A DNA stretch of 64,000 bases from an uncultured virus (IMG/VR IMGVR_UViG_3300042314_001187) (IMGVR_UViG_3300042314_001187:62001-126000); one strand, 5' to 3'; shown: positions 1-10,023, counted from the first letter of the stretch. Notes: generated by a model from the sequence alone, not told the origin. Program-made: numbers and translations.

Positions 1-646
1 TCTGATAAATTTCAAAATTAACTCTTTCTTGAAATAAGAAGTTTAATTGTTTAGCACCAATTCTGGCTAAGTAAGAATCATTAGATAATTTACCATCACT
101 ACCTGTTGGGTCAGTAGATATTAATATTTCATACGGTGAATATAATGACGCTATGTAAGTTGCTGGTGTTACTGTATTATCTAAAACATATGGTAAAAAT
201 AATTTATTATTATTTTGTATGTCATTAACATTTATAACATATTGATAATTCCCTGTAAGTGGTATAAATTTGTTTTGTATTAATGGTGATGTTGGTAAAA
301 TATTTAAATATAAACCACCACTACTTAACACAGTACTTTGAAGTGGAGCGTAAGGTCCTTGATTTGGAATAATAGGTAACAATGGTCCGTTAAAACCAAT
401 AGTCTTATCAAAACCACCATCAGGCCCAAATTGATTTAAAGTATATAATTTATCAGCGAATGGGTCATTAGCAATTAAATCATTAGGGGAATCAACCACT
501 GCTGATTGATTCAAAATAATTTCATAATTTAGTGGACCTGCAGGTGGTGTATACACACCTGTCACACTGTATGTGGCTAAATTTTTAGCCATTAACGCAT
601 CTCTAAATGATGAAGATGAAGCAAATGATAGTGTACTATTCGGCAT
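1..646 (-). CDS. 5' part of a probable virion/baseplate protein, running off the left edge
   Basis: Not in the ORF track. ATG at 646 opens MPNSTLSFASSSSFRDALMAKNL..., open to the window edge. It follows the tape measure gene and has TATTTAT at 666-672. Confidence 0.6.
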   Translation of the reverse strand, partial: MPNSTLSFASSSSFRDALMAKNLATYSVTGVYTPPAGPLNYEIILNQSAVVDSPNDLIANDPFADKLYTLNQFGPDGGFDKTIGFNGPLLPIIPNQGPYAPLQSTVLSSGGLYLNILPTSPLIQNKFIPLTGNYQYVINVNDIQNNNKLFLPYVLDNTVTPATYIASLYSPYEILISTDPTGSDGKLSNDSYLARIGAKQLNFLFQERVNFEIYQ

Positions 647-681
647 TACTTATTTCTTTTATATTATAAATAGAATGTTTT

Positions 682-2586
682 TTATTTTCTTCCCATATAT
701 CCTTTAGCACCGTCATTAGTTTTAGCCGCGTGTATCGCATTTATAACCGCAGTACGAACTTTAGGGTCTTTTAACATAATTTCTAATTGTTTAACATCCA
801 TACCTGGAGGTGCATTAACATCTAATTTAAGAGTTATTTCACCGTTAATGTTATTAGTCTTACTTTCAACATCCAATATTTTCTCTAACTGTTGTTGACT
901 AATACCTGAACCAATAGAAACGTCTTTTAAAACATCAGTTGACGTTGTGGGATTTATTTTAGTTAATGTCGGTTCGGAAATTTCTTTTATGGTTTCTTTT
1001 TTTTTATTATCAATTAAATCAACATCAACTTTTTCAACTTTACCTGCGTACTCTACAAATTTATCTAAAATGGTAACAACCGCTTTAGCGTACTCATTTT
1101 TACCACCCATAATTTTTTCAGTCTCTTCAGTACCAAATTTTTTAACATCATCATATACTTTAGTAAGACCTTCACCAGTTTTTGTGGCAGCGTCCTTAAA
1201 TGCGTTTGCAACATCAGTCATAGAACCTTCACCTGTTGCTAATTTAGCTAAAGCTGTACTTATACCACCAACATTATCATCAAATCCTTTTCTGATACTC
1301 GATATATTTAACGCCTTATCGAATGTATTTGCAACACCCAAAACTAATTGATTTTCAGCTTCTAAAAATTTACCTGTTGTACTACTTGAAGCAATAGCTT
1401 TACCTGTTTTACCTCTTAATGCGTTTAAAGCATTAAGTTGTTCTTTTTCATAAGTATTTGACTCTCTTAACAACTCTTCAGTAGTCTTTGGTGTATTGGC
1501 TTCAAGTAATTCATTTAATTTGTTTTTATCACCACCAATATCCTGAAGAACTTTATTTAAGTCTTGCATTTGACCATTAACATTAATTTTCACTTCACCA
1601 TCTTTTAGTTGTGAAACATTAGTTAATAATTGTTTTTGTTCTTCAGAAATTCCTAAATCACTTGGGAATTGAATTTTCTGCATTTTAATCTCAGCCTCTT
1701 TCGCTGCTTTAGACATTTTAGATAACTCTCCTGTTGAAATACCCATTTCCTGAGCCAATTGTCTCATTTTTCGAATACTACCAGGTGCAATTCTAACATT
1801 ACCTTTAGCGTCTAACTCAGTCAAAGATTTACCCATTTCACCAAGTGACTTAGCAAATTGTTCAGGGTCATTCATTGACATATTCATCAATTTAAGTGGG
1901 TCTAACAATTCACTTTGGGTAACTCCTAATCTTTGGAATGCTGACGCCATTTTAATAGCACCTTCAGGGTCAAATGCTTTTTCAACAACACCCATTATCG
2001 TACCCATATCAACACGTAAAGTCGCAGTGGTTGCCGCCATTTTTGCTAAACCTTCAACACCACCTTGGAAATTATAGTCATCAAGTTTTCCCATATTTGA
2101 TAAAACTTGTTCGGTAACTTTTGATAAACTCACACCCATCTCACGAGCAGTGTTAAAAACACCATTCATTTCTTCACCAATGTTATACACACTGTAACCC
2201 GCATCAACAAACGCCTTTGTTAAAGTTGAAGTACTTTGACCTGCAACTTCAGCAGCTGCGAATAAATCGTCTTGATAATCAGTCGCTAATAATATGTTCC
2301 TACCTGTCGCTTCAATGAGTCCTTTGTGCATTTCTTCAATACTCTCAGCACTACCACCTAACTTAGCAACCTCAGAATACGCATCAGTCATCGCACGTTT
2401 TATCCCCTCAGCCGATTCACGACCGACACCCATTTGTTTCGCGAGTTTAGAATAAGATTCTTCCGCCGCAGTAACTTCTTTCATAATACTCCCAATTTTG
2501 GTATTACTATCTAAAATTTCTTGTACTTTTTTACTTTTACCGGCCAATCCTTCAGCCATACCGCCTACTGATTCTTCATCTTCCAT
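682..2586 (-). CDS. Tail tape measure protein (probable)
   Basis: 634 aa, Ala/Gly/Met/Lys-rich helical sequence with almost no Trp or Cys; canonical position after tube and chaperone genes. Confidence 0.7.
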   Translation of the reverse strand: MEDEESVGGMAEGLAGKSKKVQEILDSNTKIGSIMKEVTAAEESYSKLAKQMGVGRESAEGIKRAMTDAYSEVAKLGGSAESIEEMHKGLIEATGRNILLATDYQDDLFAAAEVAGQSTSTLTKAFVDAGYSVYNIGEEMNGVFNTAREMGVSLSKVTEQVLSNMGKLDDYNFQGGVEGLAKMAATTATLRVDMGTIMGVVEKAFDPEGAIKMASAFQRLGVTQSELLDPLKLMNMSMNDPEQFAKSLGEMGKSLTELDAKGNVRIAPGSIRKMRQLAQEMGISTGELSKMSKAAKEAEIKMQKIQFPSDLGISEEQKQLLTNVSQLKDGEVKINVNGQMQDLNKVLQDIGGDKNKLNELLEANTPKTTEELLRESNTYEKEQLNALNALRGKTGKAIASSSTTGKFLEAENQLVLGVANTFDKALNISSIRKGFDDNVGGISTALAKLATGEGSMTDVANAFKDAATKTGEGLTKVYDDVKKFGTEETEKIMGGKNEYAKAVVTILDKFVEYAGKVEKVDVDLIDNKKKETIKEISEPTLTKINPTTSTDVLKDVSIGSGISQQQLEKILDVESKTNNINGEITLKLDVNAPPGMDVKQLEIMLKDPKVRTAVINAIHAAKTNDGAKGYMGRK

Positions 2587-2607
2587 AATTAATATGTTTT
2601 ATAAATA

Positions 2608-2644
2608 AATACACCAAAGACGTAATTTAAGTCTTTGGTGTATT
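2608..2644 (-). terminator. 14-bp inverted repeat at the end of the chaperone locus (possible terminator)
   Basis: AATACACCAAAGAC-9nt-GTCTTTGGTGTATT; the U-tract is weak. Confidence 0.45.
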
Positions 2645-2809
2645 ATCTTCAATTATTCTATCTATGATATATTTTCGTATGTAAGTAGGGATTTTCAGGA
2701 ATTCGGAATATTGTGTCCTTAATATTTTTGACATTAAATAATATTCCTCTATTAAATGTTTTCCATAATCAGAAGAAAGGGCGAAAAAAGTCCACCCCAA
2801 AGGATACAT
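2627..2809 (-). CDS. Tail chaperone extension ORF (GT-like / small gp51-like), probably reached by frameshift
   Basis: Overlaps the 3' end of 2769..3527 in the +1 frame; EEYYLM..YSEFLKIPTYIRKYII resembles the small helical ORFs found before tape measure genes. Confidence 0.55.
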   Translation of the reverse strand: MYPLGWTFFALSSDYGKHLIEEYYLMSKILRTQYSEFLKIPTYIRKYIIDRIIEDNTPKT

Positions 2810-3527
2810 TAAATGTAACCAATTCTCCTGACGGGGCGTATACTTGTCTTTTTAAATCCAATTGAGGAACATTTTCTCTTAATATTTTTCTAATATGTTT
2901 TGAATCCATAATAGGTAGTGTAGTAACAAATTGAGATATGTTTCCAAGGTCAGAGTTTCCTTCAATAGAAACAATCTCTTTCATTAAACGATGTGTAATA
3001 ATTGGTGCAGTAACCCCTTTTGGATATTTTTCAGATAACTTATCCAACTCAACTGATTCATAAAAAGTTATCGGTCTTAATTTAACCTCAACATTTGATT
3101 TTGGTAAGACAGTACTAAATGTACCATTTTCATCTGGTTTTAATTCACATTCTTTTAAAGCCAAAGTATCAATAATCTCAGTATGCTCAAACAATTTATT
3201 TGTTTTAGGGTCAACCAAATTAAGTTTATATTCAGGTCCGAAAGATGAATTTCGTAAAAATATTAAAACAGATTCAACATCACTTTCAATAAGTTCTTCA
3301 GGTCTTAAATCGTGTTCATATATTTTATTTCTTAATAATGAAATTACAATATTTTCTTTATTATCATTACTCATTAAATAGTTTTCGTCACTAGCCGTCA
3401 AATAACCAACTTTTAATGATGATTTTTTTGACTTATAAAAAATACCTTGTGTTGGTAATTTAATAACGTCGTGTGGTAAAGTTAAACCTTCGGTCGCTGC
3501 CTTTAAAGTATTTTCATCCATTTCCAT
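2769..3527 (-). CDS. Tail assembly chaperone / T4 gp26-like baseplate hub assembly protein
   Basis: Lies between tube and tape measure; LP..G.FY, LTASDE, L.ESD...LIFLR..SFG and a C-terminal DFF pattern. Confidence 0.6.
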   Translation of the reverse strand: MEMDENTLKAATEGLTLPHDVIKLPTQGIFYKSKKSSLKVGYLTASDENYLMSNDNKENIVISLLRNKIYEHDLRPEELIESDVESVLIFLRNSSFGPEYKLNLVDPKTNKLFEHTEIIDTLALKECELKPDENGTFSTVLPKSNVEVKLRPITFYESVELDKLSEKYPKGVTAPIITHRLMKEIVSIEGNSDLGNISQFVTTLPIMDSKHIRKILRENVPQLDLKRQVYAPSGELVTFNVSFGVDFFRPFF

Positions 3528-3632
3528 ATTATGTCTTTTTTTTAAATATAATTCACATACTTTTTATATAAAGTATAAAACAAAAAAATCCACGCAAACC
3601 AAGTTACGTGGATTGAAATTATATTTGAATAA
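3519..3632. repeat. 114-bp direct repeat, copy A (terminator + promoter region + first 3 codons)
   Basis: Matches 4269..4382 with 7 mismatches counted by eye; offset exactly 750 bp. Confidence 0.95.
3582..3614 (-). terminator. Intrinsic terminator (copy A)
   Basis: AATCCACG/CGTGGATT stem followed by a T-run on the minus strand. Confidence 0.7.
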
Positions 3633-3650
3633 CTAAATGTATTAATTATT

Positions 3651-4277
3651 TTAAATTTTTTTGTGAACCGAATATTCGTTATACGAATTAATTAGAACTG
3701 TTTGATTATTTAAATGATTGTTAATTGAATTAATTACTCCCGGCCATGTAGTATCATCCATAATAATATAACCACCTTTCTTAACTAAAGGTAAGTAAAA
3801 TTGGATATCTTTAGTTACAAATTCTTCGTCGTGATTCCCGTCAATATGAAGAATATCAATAGATTCTTTTTCTATATTGGTATAGTAATCTTCTGATTTA
3901 CTTCTAACCAATGATATTGTGTTTTCTAAATTATTTTCACTTATAACTTTTGACAAACCATTATACAAATTGTCTAATACAATTTGCTCGTTAAATAAAA
4001 CCTCATAAGTATATTTTTGTATTTCTTTATCGGGTATTTCATTATATAATGTTTCCATTGAATATGGGTCAATACCAATTACTTTACCTTTAGTGATTTC
4101 TAATGCTTCTGCAAAGTACATTAACGAAGCTCCTTTTAAAACACCAATTTCAACACATAATTGAGCATTAGTTTCAATGATTAGGTTTTTAATAACAATC
4201 CCTTTAGTGTCATCACAACGTCCACCACCATCATATTGGTCCCGTATGATTAAATCATGTAAGTTTCTCATTTCCAT
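3651..4277 (-). CDS. Class I SAM-dependent methyltransferase (Methyltransf_24-like)
   Basis: VEIGVLKGAS (motif I), GIDPY, IDILHIDGNH, GGYIIMDD..WPGV. Confidence 0.85.
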   Translation of the reverse strand: MEMRNLHDLIIRDQYDGGGRCDDTKGIVIKNLIIETNAQLCVEIGVLKGASLMYFAEALEITKGKVIGIDPYSMETLYNEIPDKEIQKYTYEVLFNEQIVLDNLYNGLSKVISENNLENTISLVRSKSEDYYTNIEKESIDILHIDGNHDEEFVTKDIQFYLPLVKKGGYIIMDDTTWPGVINSINNHLNNQTVLINSYNEYSVHKKI

Positions 4278-4382
4278 ATTATATCTTTTTTTTTAATATA
4301 ATTTACTTTTTTTTTATATAAAGTATATAACAAAAAAATCCACGCAAACCAAGTTACGTGGATTGAAATTATATTTGAATAA
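4269..4382. repeat. 114-bp direct repeat, copy B
   Basis: Matches 3519..3632. Confidence 0.95.
4332..4364 (-). terminator. Intrinsic terminator after the tail tube gene (copy B)
   Basis: Same hairpin and T-run as 3582..3614. Confidence 0.7.
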
Positions 4383-4387
4383 TTTAA

Positions 4388-4876
4388 TTAGTACACTAAT
4401 ATACAACGGTCAGGTCTCAATGTTGCATTAATCTCAGCAATACCATCAGTACTATAACCTAACGAACCAAAGTCAACACTTGATAACCAAGCACCTTCTA
4501 AAATCCATTTCTCAACAACAACACCTGTTGGGTCCAAAAGTTCTAAGTCGATATTTTTCTTATAACCTGCAGCATAACCCATACGTCCTGTTACTGATTC
4601 CGCACATAAACGAACCCATTCCATTAACGCTTGTGATGCCGAAGGTCCGATTGGGTCTCTAAATTTAACATTTATATCACCCCAGTTAAAACGACCCGCA
4701 ACCCAAGTTGAAGTATTTAAGAATTGAATCTCAGTTGCTCCAATAGTTAATTTAGGTCTAGCCGTACTTTCCACAAACCATTCGTTAATTCCTAATGTTG
4801 AAGGGAAACGTAAAATAAACCTGTTTTGTCTTTTAGGTTCATATGGTATCGGCATTTTCATTAATAAATCAGCCAT
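4388..4876 (-). CDS. Tail tube protein (T4 gp19-like)
   Basis: 162 aa; EPKRQNRF, GRFNWGDINVKFRD, YKKNIDLELLDP.G.VVEKW.L.GAW; downstream of the sheath. Confidence 0.88.
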   Translation of the reverse strand: MADLLMKMPIPYEPKRQNRFILRFPSTLGINEWFVESTARPKLTIGATEIQFLNTSTWVAGRFNWGDINVKFRDPIGPSASQALMEWVRLCAESVTGRMGYAAGYKKNIDLELLDPTGVVVEKWILEGAWLSSVDFGSLGYSTDGIAEINATLRPDRCILVY

Positions 4877-4940
4877 CTTATCTTATTTTTAATTTTTATG
4901 TTTATTTTTGTATATAAATAGTCTTTGAAATATTTTTCTA

Positions 4941-4969
4941 TTGACTTTTATTTTTATTTTTTTTATAAT
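4941..4969 (+). promoter_or_regulatory. Sigma70-type promoter pointing antisense into the tail operon
   Basis: TTGACT-17 nt-TATAAT, with no plus-strand ORF downstream. Confidence 0.5.
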
Positions 4970-5022
4970 TCTAGTAATCTAGTTATAAATATTCTAGTTA
5001 ATTATTTTAATATATTAATTTA

Positions 5023-5979
5023 TTATAAATAGCTTAATATTTTATTAATCATATAATTTTCTAGTAAAGACTCAGAGTCTGCCTCATTGTTAAGTCTAGT
5101 TATAACTATTTTTTTCATTCCACCTTCAGAAGTATCTTTCACAACAAAATGTATTTCAGGATAAACTCTTGAAAGTTCATCTTCTATGTGTTGAACCATA
5201 CTCCTAACATTACTTATGTCGTCATCTGAAAATCCTAATGAAACCGAACCATATTTACCACTATCAATTAATCGACCTACTTTATAATATACTTGGTCTA
5301 AAAAGTCTGATAATGCTAATTTCTTATTATGTTCCGGACTAGACGCTCCTTTACTTGAATCCAATTTAAACCTCTGACCGAATTCTTTTGATGATACAGG
5401 GTAGTAATCACCTTTTTCATCTAAATACACGTCAATCAATTGAGAATCGTCTAAATCACCTGTTTTATAGTAACCTCCAATTTCTTCGAAGTCCAAAACG
5501 TCTTTGATGTTACTAATCATTTCTTGTTTTTCTTCCGGTGTTAATGCGATGTTGATAAATAATTTAACACCTTTTTTAATTACCTTTGGACTATGACCTC
5601 TTGCCGTGATAATTGAAAATGGATTTGCATAAATTAATGTTTCTTTGAATTTCTCAAAACTTGGGGAAAATCTATTATTTTTAACCGCTTTAATAGTGTC
5701 CCTTAAAAACGTTTCTGGATGTGTAAAATCTCTAAACGGGTCTTCATCAAAACCTAATATAGTTGACCCTTCATATTCAAAAGGTTCTTTACCTATTAAA
5801 TGTCTATATTCCGCAAAATGGTCCGTTGGCATACCAACAGAGTTACCCTCTTCATCTTTAAGATAAATTTTAGTTGGCATTCCTAAAATATTATCATCCC
5901 AATCTAAAGCATATAATCTTAAATTTCTTTCTTCGGCAACCTCTTTTAATATTTTTTTAATTAAATTTCTATTACTCAT
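5023..5979 (-). CDS. HAD-superfamily phosphatase-like protein
   Basis: DWDDNI (motif I), ITARGH (II), conserved K, GFSDDD (IV). Confidence 0.75.
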   Translation of the reverse strand: MSNRNLIKKILKEVAEERNLRLYALDWDDNILGMPTKIYLKDEEGNSVGMPTDHFAEYRHLIGKEPFEYEGSTILGFDEDPFRDFTHPETFLRDTIKAVKNNRFSPSFEKFKETLIYANPFSIITARGHSPKVIKKGVKLFINIALTPEEKQEMISNIKDVLDFEEIGGYYKTGDLDDSQLIDVYLDEKGDYYPVSSKEFGQRFKLDSSKGASSPEHNKKLALSDFLDQVYYKVGRLIDSGKYGSVSLGFSDDDISNVRSMVQHIEDELSRVYPEIHFVVKDTSEGGMKKIVITRLNNEADSESLLENYMINKILSYL

Positions 5980-6000
5980 ACCTATAAATATTATGTTATA

Positions 6001-6029
6001 AAAAAAAGGGAGAACTAGTCTCCCTTTTT
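6001..6029 (-). terminator. Intrinsic terminator after the sheath gene (potentially bidirectional)
   Basis: AAAAAAAGGGAGA-ACTAG-TCTCCCTTTTT. Confidence 0.85.
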
Positions 6030-6045
6030 ATTATAGAGTTGTTTG

Positions 6046-9000
6046 TTATATGTTTTCAAACGATGCTCCTGTCGGTGTAATGTAGAATGTGATATCAATG
6101 AACTCTAATGATTTAGTTGGTTTGATGAAAATCTTACCTGTCATTTGATTTCTATCTAAATCAGCAGTGTCTGACGATACAGTAACTCGGAAATCGTATA
6201 AACCTCTGTCTCTTCTAATTGAATCTAAGATAGGGTTAACCGCATTTAAGAAATCTTGTCTTACTTTTTGGTCGTTTTGTTCAAACAACAATCTCACTGA
6301 AACCGCTGAAATCAATTTACGAGCTTGTAATAACAATCTTCTTACGTTTATTCTGTCTAACGCTGATTCTCTAATTTGAAGAGTTTTGTTACCCCAAATT
6401 ACTGTACCCACGTCAGAGAATGTCGCGATTGGGTTAATTCTACCTTTATAAAGAGTATCTCTATCTTCTTGAGTCAATTTCTTACGAGCTTTAACCGCAT
6501 TTACGATACCTCTTGTGTAACCTGCCGCTGCGAACCAAGGGAACGCGATGTTATCTGTTAACGCTAAGTTTCTTGTTACCTCAGCAGTTGGTGGTAAATA
6601 AATTTGAGTATTATTAACACTATCTCTCGTTAATACCCAAGGGTAGTATGTTGCGGTGTAGTTAGAATCAATACCGGTTCCTTCTAAGTTATCTACCGCC
6701 TCTTGAGGGTAAATTAAATCATCAGGACTAAATGTTGGTGTAAACATTAGAGTATCAGGTGTTGTTGTGATATAGATTGAATCCGCTCTATCATTTTCAA
6801 TCATATCAATTGCGTACTCAACGATATCTGAATGGTTTATATAGTCAACACCAGGAGTTGCAAATACGTTAATATTAACCGCTTCAGGATTAGAAAAAGT
6901 TCTTTGACCTAATAAATAAGCGTAATAGTCAGTATTACCCCAATCTTGAGTGTTATCGTCAACAGTGATTTGTTTAAATGCTCCCCAACCTGTAGCTGTA
7001 GGGTATTTAACTGAAGGACAAGAGCCTTTTAAGTAACCATTTCTACCTAATGCAAATCTATCAGTATTTGTTCTTGAATCTCTATAGATATCCCATCCGT
7101 CAAAACCACCACCTACTACTAATGTGAATTTACGTGCGTAAAGTCTGTAGTAAGGGTTAGATTCATTTGATGGGTCAGAACTAAACTCAGCATTACCAGT
7201 AAAGAACTTAGTTGTTGCACTTGTGATTGCTGACATAACAAACTTGTTAGTTTGTGGGTCTAATACTTTTTCGTAGAATGTGTTATTAATCGTAATTGCT
7301 GACGCTCTGTTATCCATATGGTAACCTTTTGTTTTAGTATCCCAAATATTACCTGAAACTGCCGTACAAATATCTAACGGTAATTGTTTACCTTTATAAT
7401 TAACAAAATCAATATCGTAACCAACTGTATCTGAAAAACCTAAATATGTTCTTCTAACATTATCACCCGCAGTTTTGATAGTATCATCAGCACCTGATGA
7501 TAAACCAAATGGTGGGTTATAGATAACTTCACCAGGAAAGTCATATTTAGTTTTGAAAATTGGGAAAGGTGAACGTGCTCCGTTGTATGTTCTTGTATTA
7601 TATCCATCGAAACCACAAGGTAACGCATCTATTGGTGCCTCCTCGTTAACTTCAACCATAACATATCTCGAATTTAATTGGTATTCACCGTCAAGTGTAC
7701 CGATTTTTTTCGCGATATAGTTATTTTGATTTGGGTCCATCGAGCAGTTAGTGAATTTCTCAATAACTTGTGGTGCAGAATCGGTATCAAAATAATCTCT
7801 AACCATTACGTCAAATGTACCATTACCAAATGAGATATTCGCAATAGAAATTTTAATTTCCATATTAGCTGCGTAACCATCTGAAATTGTAGTGAACTTG
7901 AACAAGTTGTAAACTTTGTTACCTCTTAATTCTGAAACAACCCAAGGTGATTCAGGTGATTGATATTTCTCTAAATAGAAACCTATTGATGATGGGTCAC
8001 TACCTTGTCTAGCATTAGGTAAAGCCGTTAAATTAGGATTTAAACCTCTAATAAAACCTTTTCTCCAACCGTAATTTAATAAAGCTTGATATCTTTCCTC
8101 AACAAATAATGGAACTGATGTTCTATCTTTACTAAAGTTACTCATACCAAATAATTTAGTAACGTATTTAGCGTCAGAATTAGATAATGAAGTTTCAAAT
8201 GAATATTGAGTACCTGTTCTACCTGTTGCATTAACTAAGAATGTTAAGTAAGGGTTTTTAGTTACACCTGAATAAACACCTGACATATCTAAACTTACTT
8301 GAGTTAAACCAGATACTTCATAAACCGCACCATCATCATCACTATAATTAGCTAAACCTCTTGAACGTAAAGTTGTAACAACTAAATCGTCATAATCTTT
8401 ATACGATTCACCGTCATAATATACTAAATTACCAACAACTGTACCAGTGAAACAATTTGTAATTGTACCTGTGTTAATACTACCTATTGTACCTGTAGAT
8501 GCTGGATTACAAGGGTCATCATTTGTAACACATACTAACCAATTATTAGTTACTGTATTATCCTCAGATGTTAATGTATAAGTTAAACAAGTTGTAAAAT
8601 CATTTGAAGTATCACCACTTACTTGTGCTACCGCACCTATTTTAACATTTGACGTACAAGCACTGAATGATGATACTATTTGTGTTGGTGAAATTAATAA
8701 GTTATCAGGAAGATAAACAAATATTTCTTTTGTATTGTAATTAATGTTACCAACTGTTGAAGAAATTGCAACTATATCTAAAATTGCCGTTCCATCACCA
8801 CCGGCCACTGTTACAGTATCACCAACTTGATAACCTGTACCAGCAGAATAAACAGTTGCACCTGTTATTACACCACTATCAACACCAATATTAACTGTTA
8901 AACCAACACCATTACCTGTTGTTGTTGTTGCAACGTTAGTTGCGTTTGAATAAGTTGAACCTCCGTTGTTAATTTCAAGTGTAGTTACGTGACCGTTCAC

Positions 9001-9900
9001 ACTATAATTGTAGAAAGATGCACAGTTTGAAGCACTTGATGTTTGTGTTAAACCTGTTACATAAGTGTAGAAAGATGAACCTGTGTATTGACCACCACCG
9101 ATATTATCGAACATAGCGTAATACCAAGCATCATTTAATCTATCAGTATAATCAATTTCTTCTGAAATAAGATTTGTAACTTCAAATACATCAGTTCTTG
9201 CACTATAACCATTACTTGTGTTACCTGTATAATATTCATTAGGGACAGCACCAAAATAATAAATTGAACTACCTGATGTTGATGGTGTAACCATTGTATT
9301 AAACACTTGTGTCTTAATTTGACTCATCAACGTACTAACATCACCATTAAATTGTTCAAAAGGTAAATTTAATTTTGCGTTTAATTCAGGTGGGAATGGT
9401 GAAACATTTGTAATTGAAATACTTGATGTTCCATTAGTACAACCTGTGAAAGTCATTGTAAATGCTGAATTCAAATAATTAGTACATACTAACTCACAAT
9501 TAATTGTTTGAAGTGCACCCGGTTCACACATTGGTACTATCGTTGTTGGGTCAACATTCGCAACCGTTTTAATTGACCAAGAAGGACCTGCGTCATAACC
9601 CGAAAGACCTAAAATTCTAGTTACGAACAATTGATTTGATTGTTGTAAATAAGATTTAGCAATATATGCTGCTTCATATTTAGGAATTTGAGTGTTTACA
9701 AATTTCTCAGGTGAAGTTCCTCCAAAGAATGTTGAGAATTCGTCAAAGTTACGGATAAAGATAGGTTCAAAAGCGGGACCTTTCAAAGTCTCACCTACAA
9801 CACCTAATGTAGTTACCCCTACACTTTGAGCTACGAAACTCAAATCAACTTCAGAAGTATAAACACCTGGCGAAACGAATACTTTACTGTTTGTTGCCAT
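6046..9900 (-). CDS. Contractile tail sheath protein (gp18-like) with large insertion domains
   Basis: N-terminal FVSPGVYTSEVDLS..GPAFEP; C-terminal PWFAAAGYTRG, RDTLYKGRINPI, WGNKTLQ, LDRINVRRLL, LEFIDITF. Confidence 0.95.
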   Translation of the reverse strand: MATNSKVFVSPGVYTSEVDLSFVAQSVGVTTLGVVGETLKGPAFEPIFIRNFDEFSTFFGGTSPEKFVNTQIPKYEAAYIAKSYLQQSNQLFVTRILGLSGYDAGPSWSIKTVANVDPTTIVPMCEPGALQTINCELVCTNYLNSAFTMTFTGCTNGTSSISITNVSPFPPELNAKLNLPFEQFNGDVSTLMSQIKTQVFNTMVTPSTSGSSIYYFGAVPNEYYTGNTSNGYSARTDVFEVTNLISEEIDYTDRLNDAWYYAMFDNIGGGQYTGSSFYTYVTGLTQTSSASNCASFYNYSVNGHVTTLEINNGGSTYSNATNVATTTTGNGVGLTVNIGVDSGVITGATVYSAGTGYQVGDTVTVAGGDGTAILDIVAISSTVGNINYNTKEIFVYLPDNLLISPTQIVSSFSACTSNVKIGAVAQVSGDTSNDFTTCLTYTLTSEDNTVTNNWLVCVTNDDPCNPASTGTIGSINTGTITNCFTGTVVGNLVYYDGESYKDYDDLVVTTLRSRGLANYSDDDGAVYEVSGLTQVSLDMSGVYSGVTKNPYLTFLVNATGRTGTQYSFETSLSNSDAKYVTKLFGMSNFSKDRTSVPLFVEERYQALLNYGWRKGFIRGLNPNLTALPNARQGSDPSSIGFYLEKYQSPESPWVVSELRGNKVYNLFKFTTISDGYAANMEIKISIANISFGNGTFDVMVRDYFDTDSAPQVIEKFTNCSMDPNQNNYIAKKIGTLDGEYQLNSRYVMVEVNEEAPIDALPCGFDGYNTRTYNGARSPFPIFKTKYDFPGEVIYNPPFGLSSGADDTIKTAGDNVRRTYLGFSDTVGYDIDFVNYKGKQLPLDICTAVSGNIWDTKTKGYHMDNRASAITINNTFYEKVLDPQTNKFVMSAITSATTKFFTGNAEFSSDPSNESNPYYRLYARKFTLVVGGGFDGWDIYRDSRTNTDRFALGRNGYLKGSCPSVKYPTATGWGAFKQITVDDNTQDWGNTDYYAYLLGQRTFSNPEAVNINVFATPGVDYINHSDIVEYAIDMIENDRADSIYITTTPDTLMFTPTFSPDDLIYPQEAVDNLEGTGIDSNYTATYYPWVLTRDSVNNTQIYLPPTAEVTRNLALTDNIAFPWFAAAGYTRGIVNAVKARKKLTQEDRDTLYKGRINPIATFSDVGTVIWGNKTLQIRESALDRINVRRLLLQARKLISAVSVRLLFEQNDQKVRQDFLNAVNPILDSIRRDRGLYDFRVTVSSDTADLDRNQMTGKIFIKPTKSLEFIDITFYITPTGASFENI

Positions 9901-10023
9901 TATTTTTTGTTTTTTTCTAAAAAGATTTATTTATTTCATAAATATTCAGAAAAAAACCAAAATACTTTACTTTGATTGAACTATTTATATTTTAGGTAGA
10001 ATATTTTCTTCCTTTTTTATACT

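Noticed and set aside
2775..2781. Canonical -1 slippery heptamer C CCT TTC in the chaperone gene
   Set aside because: The -1 frame reads PFLLIMENI then stops; it does not reach the downstream ORF.
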